Shown: positions 10,946-28,403, numbered from the stretch's first letter. The stretch: DNA of 64,000 nucleotides from Monocercomonoides exilis PA203 (GCA_001643675.2 LSRY02000013.1:496001-560000); one strand, 5' to 3'. A program made the numbers and translations. The notes: generated by a model from the letters alone, not told the origin.

Positions 10946-11617
10946 ATGGTGAATAAAGAAACAACACATTATAATTTGCGTTTGATTATGATCGGAAATC
11001 CAGGAGTTGGGATGACGTCTCTATTTCACATGTATGCTTTCAGGCATTGTTTTGAGCATTATTATACTCTCATTTGTGAGCCCTATGAGGTATCAGTTAC
11101 AATTGAAGGAAAAAATGCTTTGATTAAAATCTTCGAACACACCATATATCATTCCACATATCGAAGAGATGACGATTTTCAAGATACATCTTTAAACCAG
11201 CAATATGAAGCATTTGCAGAATATCATTTGAATGATTTTGACGCTTGTGCTCTTATCTTCAGTTTGTCTTCACGCGATTCATTCGTTGATTTGAAGAACA
11301 AGAAAAAAAGGCTGGATAACATTCTTGGAGAAGATTTAAATAATTATCCATTTATTGTTGTCGGAAATAAAAGTGACGAGCAAGAGTCAAGAGTTGTTAA
11401 TCGATTTGAGGTGGAGGATTGGTGCAAAAAAGAAGGAATTTGCACGTATTTTGAGACATCTGCAAAAACTGGATATAATGTCAATGAAGCGTTTGGAGAA
11501 TTGGCTCATTTTGCTTTGGCTCACCAAGAATCACGAGAAAAGGAGTATAAAAAATCAATCTGTGAGAAACTGTCCAAAAGAGATAATGCTTCTTCCTCGA
11601 ATTGTGTCATAATCTAG
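10946..11617 (+). CDS. Divergent Rab/Ras-superfamily small GTPase-like protein (probable pseudo-GTPase), intronless, CAAX-like end
   Basis: G4 (VVGNKSD) and G5 (YFETSAK) intact and Rab7-like. G1 reads GNPGVGMTS and there is no DxxG. C-terminal CVII. Confidence 0.85.
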   Translation: MVNKETTHYNLRLIMIGNPGVGMTSLFHMYAFRHCFEHYYTLICEPYEVSVTIEGKNALIKIFEHTIYHSTYRRDDDFQDTSLNQQYEAFAEYHLNDFDACALIFSLSSRDSFVDLKNKKKRLDNILGEDLNNYPFIVVGNKSDEQESRVVNRFEVEDWCKKEGICTYFETSAKTGYNVNEAFGELAHFALAHQESREKEYKKSICEKLSKRDNASSSNCVII

Positions 11618-12027
11618 TATTTCTGTACAATCAAATGAATTTTAATTAAACATTTGAGCATAACTTATTTATTTGTTTATTGATTTTTCTTTTTATAAAA
11701 TATTTTAAATTTTTAGTTTGCTTTCATTTTATCTATGCGATTGAGATTATATTCATTATAAATCATTGAGAAGTTATTGCTAATGCTCCTTTTAATGTAT
11801 TATTTTAATTTTAATTTCATTTAATTGCTGTTTGTTTCATTTTATGGTTAGATATGTAATGCTGCAGCTGTTTTCTGTTATTGTTGGATTGTTTGCTGCA
11901 CATATCAAAAATGCAGCAAAAAGGAATTTTACAAAATTTTCAAAATAAATTTTCAATTAATTGTTATTTTATAATTTGAAATGAAAATATATTTTTTAAA
12001 AAAGTTAGTTTGAGTGGAATTTTAAAC

Positions 12028-15000
12028 TTATTCATTCGTTGGAGTTCCTTCATTTGAAATCTCTTCGCTTTCTTCTCCTTTCTCTCCTTCCTGAGATACG
12101 TTCAGGCCACCCTCTCTGTCATTTTTCTCATTTGACAGATCTTTTCCTCCTTCACTTTGCTCCTCGTCCTCCTCGTCATCTTCTTCTCTTTCACCGAGTT
12201 TTAAACGTTCATCTGTATTTTCATCATCACCTTCATTTTTGTCATCGGGGATGATTGCACTTTCTGTCAAGAAAAATGTGTCAAGCTCTTCTTTTTTCTC
12301 TTCTTCGTTCGACTTCTTTTCAATGCTCTCCTTTTGCTTCCGTCTCTTTGTGTTTGCTTGCTGCCTTTCCTTCTCCTGCTGCTTAAGCTTTCTCAATCTT
12401 CTCTTCTCTTGCATCTCCTTCATGCTATCTGCAACAAACGTCATATGCTTTGTGATCCATTCCTTAAGGTCGCTGTTTCCAGGTGTTGGTTGCATGGCAC
12501 GATATGTCGAGTTCATTGGAGAAGGAGAAGGAGCAGAAGAGGAAGAGGTGGAGGAGGAATAAGGAGATGAAGATGCAACGGACTGAACAGATGCAAGTGA
12601 ACGTGGAGTGAATGATGACGTGAAAGGAGCAGAAAGAGAAGAAGCAGACGGCAAGAGAGGAGGTGCAACAGAATATGGAACAGCAGAAGAGCGGGAGTGC
12701 TCCGAATATGAGAGGGGGATCGAGCGAAGTGGGTTTGAGAGAGGCATCGAATATGGAGTGCTTGCACCAAAAAGAGCGGCTGTTGAAGATGAAGAAGGCA
12801 GAGACGGTGAAATGTTGCGCAAGGAAGCAGCAGAAAGCGAAGTTGAGGGTACAGAAAACGGAAGATTTGAGGTGAAAGGGAGGTGAAAGAGTGGGTTCTG
12901 TGAAAGAGTGTCTGAAGATGACGAAGTCGAAGAAGTGGCATAAGAAGATAGAGGAGAAGGCGAAGAATACTGTTGCGACAATCTGTTTTGAGATGCAGTT
13001 GTTCTGTCAGACATCAGCTGTGTATGTGGTTTAAACTCTTTTTCACTCCTTTCTGTTGCCTGCTGCTTGGCATCCGCTTCTTTTTCGTGATCTTGCTGTG
13101 TTTGTATCAGAGATTCAATTTTGTTGTTGATTTGCTCAATCATTTCTATGAGCTGGTGCTGATTTTTGCTGCCTGTAGTCAACTGTGAAGATGCTGAAGA
13201 AGTTAGCATGTTTGGAAGTTTTCGAGCTGTCTTTCCCGAGCGAGTAAAGGCCATCTCTTCTTCGTTCTCTTCATCAACAGTTGCAGCAGCGTTATTTGCA
13301 TTTCCAAGCATTCCCTTTCTTCTTTCAGTATATTTGCTTGTTTTCTGTTCAGCGTCCTCTTCGTCCAAGCTGATTTCACTGTCTTCATCTGCTTCTTCAT
13401 CTGCTCTTTGACTCCTGTCTCTTTCTCTGACTGAATGCTTTTCGTGCTGCCAGCTGTGTGGCTGCATCTGATGCAGTGTTCTGACTGGCCTTTCTGTGGC
13501 AGCTCCGCTAGAAGCCGAGTTTCGCTCATGTGAATATTTCTTGACTTCGCGATCAGTCAAGGCTTGTCTGGTAGAAAAGCGGTGGTGGTGGATGTGAGTG
13601 GGAGATAAACGGTTAGAGGGGTGATTGGAGTGATGGGTGTGATGTGGAGATGCAGAAGAGCGGGATGGTGAATCTGGAGAAGGCGATGAAATGGCAGATT
13701 CGTTGTGACGTGTTTGGAGGCGCTTTGTTTTGCGTCTGGTGTCTTTTGTGAAGCGTTCCTCTTCTCTCTGATTAAACGGGCTTGTAGACAGATCTTCCTC
13801 ATCTGAAGACTCATTCTGCTTGTTTGATGCGCTGTGGTGTCGAAGATGGCGATCGGCGATTGACGAACGAACTGTTGCGAGTGACTGAAGAGATGATGAA
13901 AAGGAGTCAGAAGAAGAGGAGACAGATGGAGACGCAGGAGAAGAATGTGAAAGTGCGAGAGATTGTAAGTGAAATGGCTGTTGATTGAATTGAGGCATTG
14001 AATGCGACAAGATTTCCAGTTCTTTCTTTTTCCTTTCAAGCGAAGAAAAATTGACTGAAGATGGTTTTTGACGAGACTTGGAGCTCTTCATATCCGATTC
14101 AGCTGGATAGAAAGTGTTTCCTTTCATTTTATCAGAGGCAATAATCGGAGTGTGTCTGTGCTGATTGCTAAAATGTGCGTCCAAGAAGTGCTGCGAATAA
14201 AGCGGAGATTCTGAACGACTGCTTGTCTGAAGTGGAGGTCCTCTGCGATGGCGAGCTGAACGAGAGGAAGCATCTTTGTGGGAAGATTGAAGAAGAGGCT
14301 CCCGAACTTGCGAAAGCAAAGAGGAAAGAGACGCATCGCCATCCATTTCGCAACTGTCTGAAGCTGATAGCTTTCGGTCTGCTGAGAATTGAGGTGTGTC
14401 GCTGGCTGAATGCGCCTTCAGGAATCTGCAAAGCGTCTGAGGCAACTCGATGCCAAACGATGAAAGATACTCTGCAACAACCGAGACTCGCTTTTTGTGC
14501 AGTGTCAGAACTTGCTTTGTCGTTTTGAGCTGTCTGATTTCTTTGTTCAGAAGTGCTGCTTCTGCATCCAGCTCGCTTTTCATCGATGCCAGCTGCTCTC
14601 TTTCAGCAGAAAATTGTTCGTTTTGCGAAGGGCTGGAGGAAGACGCCAAATACTCTGCATTCCGCCTGTCTCTCTTTCTCTCTCTTCTCTTCTCTTCGAG
14701 CCGCTTCTCCCTCTCCTCCTTCTTCTTCAGCTGTGCCATTTTGCGCTTCCATGTTGCAATGGCTGATGTGACTTCAGATCGCCACGATGCAACAATCGCC
14801 AGCTGCTTTCGGAGAATGTGCTCAGCCTCGCTGATTCTGGTTGCCTCGCTCAAAAGCGGAGAAAGCGAAAGGGAAGGAACAGGCAACTCTTTCACAGACA
14901 GGTCTGGCGACGAGGGAGAAGAATGTGCAGAAGGCGGTGTTTTCGAGGGAGAATGTGAATGTGAGCGAGAAGAAGAAGAAGAGACTGAAGATGATGCTGA

Positions 15001-17544
15001 TGCAGATGCTGATGGAATGGCATCAGTGCGGATCTCATGAATGACTCCATTGTGTCTTTGATCTTCTTCTGAATCAGATCTCATTTGAATGTTTTCAAAG
15101 CCTTCATTTCGAAGACTTTCTTCGTTTTGCGTTCTGCTTTCGTATTCCTTTTGAGTCAATTCACTGTTGAGTTGATTGTTGCCCCCAGAAAAGCTGCTCC
15201 GCCTTTCGGTTGCTTCATCTTTCACAGAGTTGCTGCCATTTTCGTTCTCTTTGCTCATATTTTGAGAAGCAAACAGATCACACTGTTTCGAGTTGAGATA
15301 ATCTTTATTTTTCAGATATTCTTCCTTTTCAATCAGCAAATTTGACACTTTTTCTTCCAATATTTTCATTTTTATATCTTTTTCCTCCAATTCTTGTCGA
15401 ATTCTTTTCAATTCCTGGTTGATCTGCTCATTTTTGTTCCGTTCTTCATCCAATTGGCTTGTCTTCTTCGCCAATTCGTCTTTTATTTCTCTCGTTTTCT
15501 CTTCAATATCCCGTTCAATCGTAATTCTGAGGTGCTTTTCTCTGTCTCTTTCGTCCTCCAACTGATATACCAGCTCTTTCATCTCTTTCTCTTTCTCTCT
15601 CTGCGACGCCTCCAGTTTGTCTACATCCATTTTGTGCTTGTTTTTCAAGTCGGTTATTTCTTCCTGGTGCATCTGGCCCATCCTCTCCACTTTGACTTCC
15701 CACTCGTTTTCCTTCTCTTTCAGTTCTTGCTTCACTCGACTGCTCACTTCGTCTTGAAATTTCGCTGTTTCTTTTTCGTTCAGCTGAGTTATGCTTCCAC
15801 GCAACTTCGTTTCCTTCTCTTTCATTTCTTTTTCGAGTCTGCTTATTTCTTCAGCTATCCATTTCTTCTTCTCTTCTTTCCGTTTTTCTCCTTCTTTTTC
15901 AATCCTCACGAGGTCTTCATCAAGTTCTCGCTGCCTTTGCCTCTTCCGCTCCAACATGTAATTCACCTCTTCTTCTTCATTTCTTCGTCTCTCTTCTCTT
16001 TCCTTTTGCCAAGTCGCTTCTTCTTGTTCCCTTTCCCTTTTTCTGCGATCTTCTTCGCTTCTCATCGTCTTCCTGTGTTTTTCTTCCATTTCTTCTCTTT
16101 CTCTTTTCTGTGCTTCAATCAACCGTCCTTTCTCCACTGTCCATCGCGTCACGATCTTTTCTCTTTCTCTTTCTTCTTTCTTCGCCTTCCTCTCGTTTTT
16201 GCGGCGTATCTGCTTCTCATCTTCGTCCTCACTGCTGTCATCATCATCATCATCATCATCAGTCTCTTCTGTGTCGCTGTTGCTGTCATCATTCTTTCCC
16301 CCAACATCGCTTTCTTCATCGCGTACAAACCCGATCTCATTCATCAGCGAGTCTGAAGAAGGCGAGCGCTGCTGCGAAGAACTCTGAGAAACTGTGCGGC
16401 TGATTGACCCGTTCGGATCTTCTGACTGCACAGGTATGACAGAAGAAGCTGAAGAAGGCGAAAAAGGAGCAGGTTGAGAATTAGTTGGTGTTGTGAATGA
16501 AGATGCAGGCTGTGAAGCAGAATCTTGCTGGGGGCGCGAGCCAGACTGCTCCGTTGTTGATGAAATTGAAAGAGAAGAAGTCGGAGGAGCAAATAGCTGT
16601 GATGTTTTCTTTGCTATTGTCGATGGAGGCGTTGTAAGCGGAGCATCTGTGAAATGATGAGTAACTGTTGGAGAAGGTGTTTGAATGATTGAAGATGAAG
16701 AAGAAGTTGATTGCTTTTTGTTACCGCTTCCGTTCTGTTGATTTTGATTTGATGAAGTATCGCTCTTTGCCGTTGAAGCTGATGCACCTGCTTTAGGAGT
16801 TGAATCGTCATTGGTGACAGTTGAAAATTGGACTTTTTTTTGTGTTTTCGAAGATGATGATGGTGAAGCGGTTGACTGGACTGTTTGCTGAAGTGGTGTT
16901 GTTGGCGGCTTTCCTTGAGCAGTTGACGTTGCCTTTTGCGTTGTGACAGGCGTTTTCGGAGATGATGGTGTTGCTATCATTGGCGCAACTCTGGATTTAT
17001 TCAATCCAACTTTTGGCGTTGTTGGTGATGTTGTCTGTTTTCCTCCAGAATTTGGACTTGTAGCTCTATTACCCTGAAATCAATTCAAAAGCATTCAATT
17101 TAAGTTATTTCAATGATTCAACATACGCTTGCTCGCTGTTTTTGTTTTAGTAACTCTTTTTTTCTTTTTTCCACTTCATACAAATTTCGATAATAATCAT
17201 CAAGCGGATGATCCCACATACTTGCTCCTGTTTTTTCATTGTAATAATAAGCACGATGATCCGGTGTCTCTCTGTTAAAAGTGAAAACAAATTTCAAATA
17301 ATAAAAAATGGAAGAAGTATTTAAAACAGCAAACTCTTCCACCCAACCATCTGGCAAAGCAGCGTTGAATCCTTCTCTTGCGATCCAAAAAAGATCATTA
17401 TCCAATGGAGTCATTCCCATGTAGTCTGCATATTCCAAAACTCCTAAATATCATTTACCAAACAAGAAATAAATAAATCTTTAAATTGCGTTTGTTAATT
17501 GACATCAAGCCTTGAAGTTCAGATTCATCAATCTGCATTGCCAT
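12028..17544 (-). CDS. CEP164: CEP164-like centriolar distal appendage protein (N-terminal WW domain plus coiled coil), 4 exons
   Basis: N-terminus VLEYADYMGM...LFWIAREGFNAALPDGW...YYYNEKTGASMWDHPLDDYYR matches the CEP164 WW region. Spliced to the 12028-17004 coiled-coil/low-complexity ORF. Intron 1 is GC-AG (17444-17510). Confidence 0.8.
17444..17510 (-). other. Non-canonical GC-AG intron in the CEP164 gene
   Basis: CAA G|gcttgatg...tatttag|GA GTT TTG restores the frame from ATG 17544. The nearest GT donor gives the wrong frame. Confidence 0.6.
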
Positions 17545-17734
17545 TTGCTTCCGTAACCCCTTGGCAACACTATGTCAAATTTTAAATAATTATACCATAA
17601 TAAATTATACATATTATAACGCAATCAACATTAAATTAAAGTATAGTGTCAATTTTATGAAATGAATTTCAATATAAAAATTGAATTCCCATTTTTGAAT
17701 TAAGAATTTCCATTTGATTTTAATTCTGTTTTTG

Positions 17735-19052
17735 ATGGTACTGGGTACTTTGGCCGTCATTGTTGGATATCCTTTTGCAATATATTTGATTGTGCAATTG
17801 TGCATTATCATATATGATCATGTTATTGTTCCTCATTTCATTGAACCTTTTCCACTTTCACGTTGGTCTTCGTCATCCAGTCCATGGGCAATAGTTACTG
17901 GTGGAGGAAGTGGCGTTGGGAGAGGATTTGCAGAGCAATTGGCAAGACGAGGATTTAAGTTTGAGAATATTTTTTTAAGAGACATTTGTTCATTTATTAT
18001 TTTTTTGGATAATATTCAAGCATAATTTTACTTGGTCGAAGTCGTATATCTATGAGTGAATGCCAGGAATCTATAAGATCCAGAAGTCCAAATGTGGATG
18101 TTTGTTCTCTTTTATGAATCATATTTATGTTTGGATGAATATCTCAACAATATTTGAAAGGTTGTAATGGAAGAAATTGATTTCAGTAGGCCTGTTCATG
18201 AATGGGCACAGCGAGTTGAGGCGATAATATCAAACAAAGATATTTCGATACTTGTTAATAATGTGGGGATCAACACAGAAATCCCTGTTGTTTATTCGGA
18301 ACATGATCTTGCACATGTTCAGGATATGATTCAAGTCAATTGCCTTGCAGCCTCAGCAATGACCAAAATTGTTCTTCCATTAATGAAGCAAAATGGAAAA
18401 GGAGGAATTATATTTTTGAGCAGCTGCACTGGGGAATTTGCTTCTCCAATGATGGCTGTGTATTCTGGTACGAAAGCATACATAAGGAGATTTGGCGAAG
18501 CGTTATCAGAAGAGGTATTAAACATTTATTGTTACATTCCTTTATAATTTGAAATACATATTCTGGTGAAATTTAATTTGAAATACTATCGCATAATATT
18601 TTTATTCGAACTTTCTGATCAAAACTAAACCTCAGGTTAAATCATCTCACATTGATGTTCTTGTTCTCCACCCGTATTATGTGTTGTCAAAAATGAGTGG
18701 ATTTCGAAAGCCTTCTCTGCTCGTCTGCACACCAACTGTTTTTGCAACTTGCGCTCTGCGTTATCTTGGCAGGAAAGTTGTGGTGCAGCCGTATTTCCCT
18801 CATCTGTGCTTGGATGTGCTTTTCTCGCTTGTGCCATTGGGATTGTCCCTTCGCTTTCAGTTGAACAGGATGAAAACAGTGGCCGTGAGATTGATGCGAA
18901 GGAAGAATAGAGAAAGAGAAGCATCATTAGGAAGCGGATCAAGCGCAGAAATTGAATTTCAGAGAGGAAGCTCTCATTCTTCAACTGATATTGACTGTGA
19001 AGACGACGATAAAAAGGCTCTTCTTTCACCTCCTGCTCTTATAACGCAATGA
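17735..19052 (+). CDS. Very-long-chain 3-oxoacyl-CoA reductase / 17beta-HSD12-like SDR (4 exons)
   Basis: N-terminal TM segment, WAIVTGGGSGVGRGFA cofactor motif, LVNNVG, catalytic YSGTK, PYYVLSKMS. Three GT-AG introns give a continuous frame. Confidence 0.88.
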
Positions 19053-19311
19053 TAGTTTTAACTTTGAAAGACTTGCTATTGTTCTTATTTAAAAAATAGC
19101 TTTCATTACAATTAATTATTTTAAGGAGGAATGGAGATTCTTCTGCAATTGAAATGAAATGACACTTTAATTACCATTTTATCTGTTAATTGTTACGATA
19201 ATTTCATAAGCAAAAACAAAAAAGAAAAGCTTGCCCATAATATTTTAACTCAGTTATAAAATTGGATTAACAAGCTAATAAAAGAAGAAGTTTTCCTTTT
19301 CTTGTCTTACA

Positions 19312-22926
<3,615 letters not shown>

Positions 22927-23048
22927 TTCATTTCATCACTTCATCATTTCAAGAAATATTTTGATTGTTTTTTGTCGAAAAATATTTACAAATAATTGAA
23001 CAATCTATTTTAAGTACCTTATTACGGGAAAAGATCATATTTCGATCG

Positions 23049-26000
23049 ATGTCCTTTTTCAACACAACTAAAAAAGGTATTTAGTTATATTTGCTAATAT
23101 TTTCATATGTATTTTAACGAATTGTATTGCGCATTGCTCAAAAAATTATTGAAACTTTTTAAGGTGAAATTCAGGAGTTGAAGGATGGAATAAACTCCAC
23201 AAACATATCAAAAAAGAAATCTGCCATGCAACGAATTATTGGCATGATGATGGGTGGCGGCGGTACGATTTTGTGCTTTTGTTGCTTGTTATTAACTTTC
23301 TAATTTCCGTATTAAAATTAAATCATAATTTCAGATGTTGCTTCTTTGCTTCCTTCAGTTCTCGTCAATATGCAAACCACAGATCTTGAATTGAAAAAAT
23401 TGATATACTTATACTTGATTAACTATTCGAAATCTGAACCTGAACTTGCTTTGCATGCTGTGAATACTTTTGACAAGGATACAAAAAGTCCAAATCCTCT
23501 TGTTAGAGCTCTTGCATTGCGTACCATGGGATGTATTCGTATTGATCAGATTACTGAATACATGTGCGAACCATTGCACAGATGTTTGAAGGATGAAGAT
23601 CCGTACGTTAAAAAGACAGCTGTCCTTGGTGTTCTTAAGATGTACGATATCAACCCACAACTTGTGGAAGATGAAGGATTTCTTGACACTCTTAAGGAGC
23701 TTCTTGGGGATGGAAATCCTATGGTTGTGTCTAACTGTGTTGCTGCATTGAGTGAAATTCAGATGGCACATCCTGATCAGACTATTTTTGAAATTACAAC
23801 TGAAATCAGACAGAAATTGATTGCTGCCTTAAGCCAAGCGTCTGAGTGGGGTCAAGTGCATATTTTAGATGCATTAGCTGTCTTCTACAACCCTGAATCC
23901 ACTGCAGAAGCAGAAGAAGTTGCTGAGCGTGTTGTTGTTCATCTGATTCATGACAACTCAGCTGTTGTTCTTTCAAGTGCAAAAGTTATTCTGAAGATGC
24001 TTCCTCTGATGGAAAACAAAGATCTCATTCAACAAATGTACAAGAAGATGGCCCCACCGTTGGTTTCTCTTCTGTCATCTCCACCAGAGGTGCGTTATGT
24101 TGCACTTCGTAACTTGAATCTGATTGTTCAAAGACTTCCTTCTCTGCTCTCAGGAGAGATTAAGGTCTTCTTCAGCAAATACAATGATCCTATTTACGTG
24201 AAGATGGAAAAGCTGGAAATTATGATGCTGCTTGTGAATGAGTCAAATGTGACCAATGTGCTTAATGAGCTGAAGGAGTATGCAACAGAAGTTGATGTGG
24301 ACTTTGTGAGGAAGGCTGTCCGTGCAATGGGCAGATGCGCCATTCTGCTTCCAGAAGCTGCGAATGTGTGCGTCGATGCTCTTGTGCAGCTGGTTGAGAC
24401 ATCTCAGGTCAACTATGTTATCCAAGAAGCCATCATTGTCATCAAAGATATCTTCCGTAAATATCCAAACAAATACGAATCTATCATTGTGAAGTTGTGC
24501 AACAAGCTGCAGTCTCTTGACGAGCCTGAGGCAAAGGCTGCCATGATCTGGATTATTGGAGAGTACGCTGATCGTATCGAAGAAAGCGACAAGATTCTCG
24601 AATCCTACTTCGTGGAGACATTCCAAGACGAGCCACCGAATGTGCAGCTGGCAATTCTCACAGCAACTGTGAAGGTCTTCTTAGCCATCCCAGAAAGCCA
24701 GCCTTTGCTGCAACAGGTGCTTAAGCTGGCAACAAAGAAGTCAGATAATCCTGATCTGAGAGATAGAGGTTACATCTACTGGCGTCTTCTCTCCTCCAAC
24801 AAAGAGCTTGCTCGCAGCGTCGTTAGATGCCACAAGCCACCGATCGCAGCACAGAAGCAGTTGCTTCCAAAGGATATCCTGAACGAGCTTATTCCATATT
24901 TGGGAACACTTTCATCAGTCTTCCACAAAGTGCCCACATCATTCAGTGCTGCAGCGCGTGTGTCTGTACCAACTTCATCCACCACTGCCTCAGCACGGGA
25001 GGCTGCTCTTCAGCAACAGTCTGTGGTTCCTGGAATGGACAGCTCTGTTGCTGCTGATCTGATGGTTGCCCAGCAGAGAGCTACAGCTGCTGCTGCCTCC
25101 TCGTCGATGTCTGCGGGTCCATCTGTTGCTGGTATCAAAGCAAGCGAAGCAATTGAGGCAACAGACGATGGAGATGATGGTGATTTGATCGATCTCTCTG
25201 CATTTGCCATTCCATCATCAAGCAGCGCATCCTCTGCAACACCATCTGGCGGAGCAGCTGACGGAATGATTGATCTGTCCATTCTGACTGGAGGATCATC
25301 TGCAGCTCCAGCACCAGCACCCACACAATCTGCTGCTCCTGCTGCTGGCTCAGGAATACCAGCCATTGCACCAGGAAGCTTGGCAGCCACTTTGACGCCA
25401 ATCATTGCCCACTCGTCTGGCGTGCAGATCAAAGGAGACTTCGTTTTCAGAGAAGGCAAGCCATACTTCGGCATTGCTATTTTCAATGCATCACAGCAGG
25501 CTATCACATCAGCCGAGCTTCAGTTCAATCGCAATGCATTTGGCTTGGCACCATTGGGCATCAGTCTTGCTCCATATCCATTTGCTCCACAACAAATGCG
25601 TGAGGCACTTGTGCCAATCAGCGCCCAGCCTGAGATGATGGCTGATCCAGCAAACCCTGCTGCTGCTCCAGCCATTGAGATGGGACTCAAAGTTGATCCA
25701 GTTGGACTGATCTTCTTCCAGCAGAATGCGAAGTTCTTCTGCGCAACTCAGGTTCCACCACTTCCATTGGACACATGCAAGGCAAATGCAATGGCATCAT
25801 ACAACACGCTTCCAGTTAACAAGTGTGCAATTGAAAAATCACCTGCTCCAGACCAATGCGTTGCCATTCTGTCGCAGTATGGATTTGTCACCACAAACAA
25901 GATGGAGAGACCCGATCTTTATGTCATTCAGCTCTATGCATCGTCATCTGCAGCCTTCAAAGGTGAGATTATTGCTGACTTTGCATTCAAGCCAACAGTT

Positions 26001-26099
26001 CCAGGAATTTATTCACTTGAGGCGTACGCAAGAACTAATCCAGAGGCTCTCGGAAAACTGTTTGTGGAACAGCTTCCTGGCATCTTGACTTCTGCATAA
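23049..26099 (+). CDS. AP1B1: AP-1/AP-2 complex beta subunit (beta-adaptin), 3 exons
   Basis: [71 protein letters not shown]. Hinge has clathrin-box-like DLIDLS, followed by an appendage domain. AP1 versus AP2 beta cannot be separated by eye. Confidence 0.95.
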
Positions 26100-26330
26100 T
26101 CATCTACTGAGTGCTGTTCAACTTTTAAATTTTTTTATTCTTCTATTATTACCTTTTTCAATTTCTTTTTGTTTAGTTTTGATGTGCCAATACCAATAAA
26201 CACACCAAAAACGTATTTGTGATTCTGTTTCTTTTGTAATTTAAAGCAAAAAAGTGAAGTGTAAATGAGCTGCTTTGTAGCGTGTGAAAGAGAAATGCAA
26301 TTATAAGAGTATTTTCTAAAGAAAAATCGA

Positions 26331-28403
26331 TCAATTTGTTGTGGAAGACGCGTTTTTCTGTGGTTGAGTGATGAATGATGGAATTGTCACGCACATCACT
26401 CTTCCATCAAGGCAAAGTGCAACCACAAACTCCACTTCTTGGCCCGTTTTAGTTTCGGCTTCACTTTCTCCTTCACTTTTTCCGGTTTGCAGCAGTGCTT
26501 CGTCCATTGGCTCGTCTTCGGGTTTCACTTCTTGAGAGCTTCTCTTTGATGAGCCCCAAACAAGATCGACAACAGGTGAGTCTGTTTTGATAGCCATCAG
26601 AGGAATAATTTGGAGTGACGAATAGATTAAAAGTGTAGTCGTGGTTCCGATTGCGAAGAGGTAGCCAACAGAAGAAGCAGGAAAACATGAGCTGGACTGA
26701 TTGGGAAGTGTGGATGAGGAAGGAGAAGGGGCAGGCGTAGATTGGTTAGATGATGAAGATGCTTGTGGTTGTGATGCTGAAGGAGAAAGAGATGAGGAAG
26801 ATTGGGAAGAAGAAGGCTGATGCGTAGATGATAATACATCAGGTATTTGATTTTGTGAAGTGGGAGAAAGCGCACTGTGTGACTGCTGGGTTTCTTTAGC
26901 AGATGAAGTTGAATCAATTGTCTGATTCTCTGCTTTAATTTGAGAAGTGTTCGTTTTGTTTTGATTCAAAGGAAGTGTGTGAGGGCAAAACGAAGCAACA
27001 ATGGAAATGTCATTTCCCGGAAGAAGAAGTGTTGCCATAACGCTTTTTTTTATATGATTTCAAATGAACATTTGAAAGATTATTAATGCAATCCATTCAT
27101 TAGATAAATAAGTTAGTAAAAAAAGATAAAACAAAATCAAAAACATATAAATATCAAACCATTCCAACGACTCGTCCAAAAGAAGAGTGCAAGACTGTCC
27201 GTTCCAAGGGTTTTTTGAGGATGGACAAAGATAGAACTTCTCATCTGGTGACATTCCCCCTCGAATCTGATACCCATTTTCCAGGAATACAGGTTTGTTT
27301 TTCATTGTAAAATCGTCGTTATCATCGCTTTCTTCTACTTCTGCATTGTAATCTTCATCCGATTCATCTTCTCCTTCTCCATCTGCTTCAGTTTTTTTCT
27401 TCTTCTTATCTTTGTTGATCTTCTTTTGGTGGGATGTTGCTTCTTCGTCAGGTGCAAGCCTCGTTCCCAGGCAGCTCTTCATCACAATTCCAGTTCTTTC
27501 GCTTCTGTCAAGATCAAAAGATATCAGACATGTTGAACAACGTGCAACAATAGACTGTTTATGCTGAATGTGAAGTGAGTTAATCGTGGAAAAATTCATG
27601 GTGCGGCCAATGCCTGTAAGGCTATCTCTGACTCCTATTTAAAAAGCAAATTTTTTGCGATAGATTTCCGATTATAATAATTATCATTAACTTGCGACAC
27701 AAATTCAAACCTTTTTCCCAAACAAAAATCATTTCATCTGTCCCGCCACTAACTATTGTATCATCGTCAATCCAAGCAACGTCAAAGCAATGCTCTTCGT
27801 TTTTGGGCTCGGCTTTGGATTTTCCAATATCTTCGCCTTTGTTAGACTTTTCGTCCGAATGAAGCTTTTTTCGGAGAACGGTCGTCCCTTGATGAATCCT
27901 AGAGAGTGAGAATAAGTAATGTTAATCTCTTTTTGTTTTCGTTAAGTTTAACTTCCATACTGTTTTTCTTGGAGTTTATTTCCTTTGAGATCAATTACTT
28001 GAACTTCCCCTCCTGAAAGAGCAAGCGCAATTTGTTTTCCATTTGGGGAAAATCGAACAGAATTAATGCTACGTCCAGCCTTGTGCTCAGCTATTTTTGT
28101 AAGTGTTGATGCATGTAATCTGAAAATCTGGAAAAAAATTAATTTCATTTTTGTTTGAAATATTTCAAACATACTTCGCAAAAACCATCTTGACCCCCAA
28201 ATGCAAGATGATCTGGAGGGGAAAAGTCACAAGAAAAGACCTTTTAATTGAATGAATGATATTTCATTTGAACAAAATGAAATTTCATCACAATAAAAAA
28301 AAGGAGTCAATAAATTCGTGTTAAACAAAATTTTCACAATATTAATGCAAACAGCTTCGCAATTTAGCTTTGCTGTAAACAAATGGGCCCTTGAATCGTC
28401 CAT
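26331..28403 (-). CDS. WD40-repeat protein, CAF-1 p60 (CHAF1B/Cac2) / HIRA-like, multi-exon
   Basis: VFSCDFSP..LAFGGQDG, INSVRFSPNGKQIA, RGGMSPDEKFYLCP, IVASFCP, LFAIGTTTTLLIY...VVDLVW and VALCLDGRV resemble the p60/HIRA beta-propeller. Confidence 0.6.

Noticed and set aside
15394-16356. 320-aa Phe/Leu-rich ORF that looks like a membrane protein
   Set aside because: Antisense of the Glu/Lys-rich coiled coil of CEP164.
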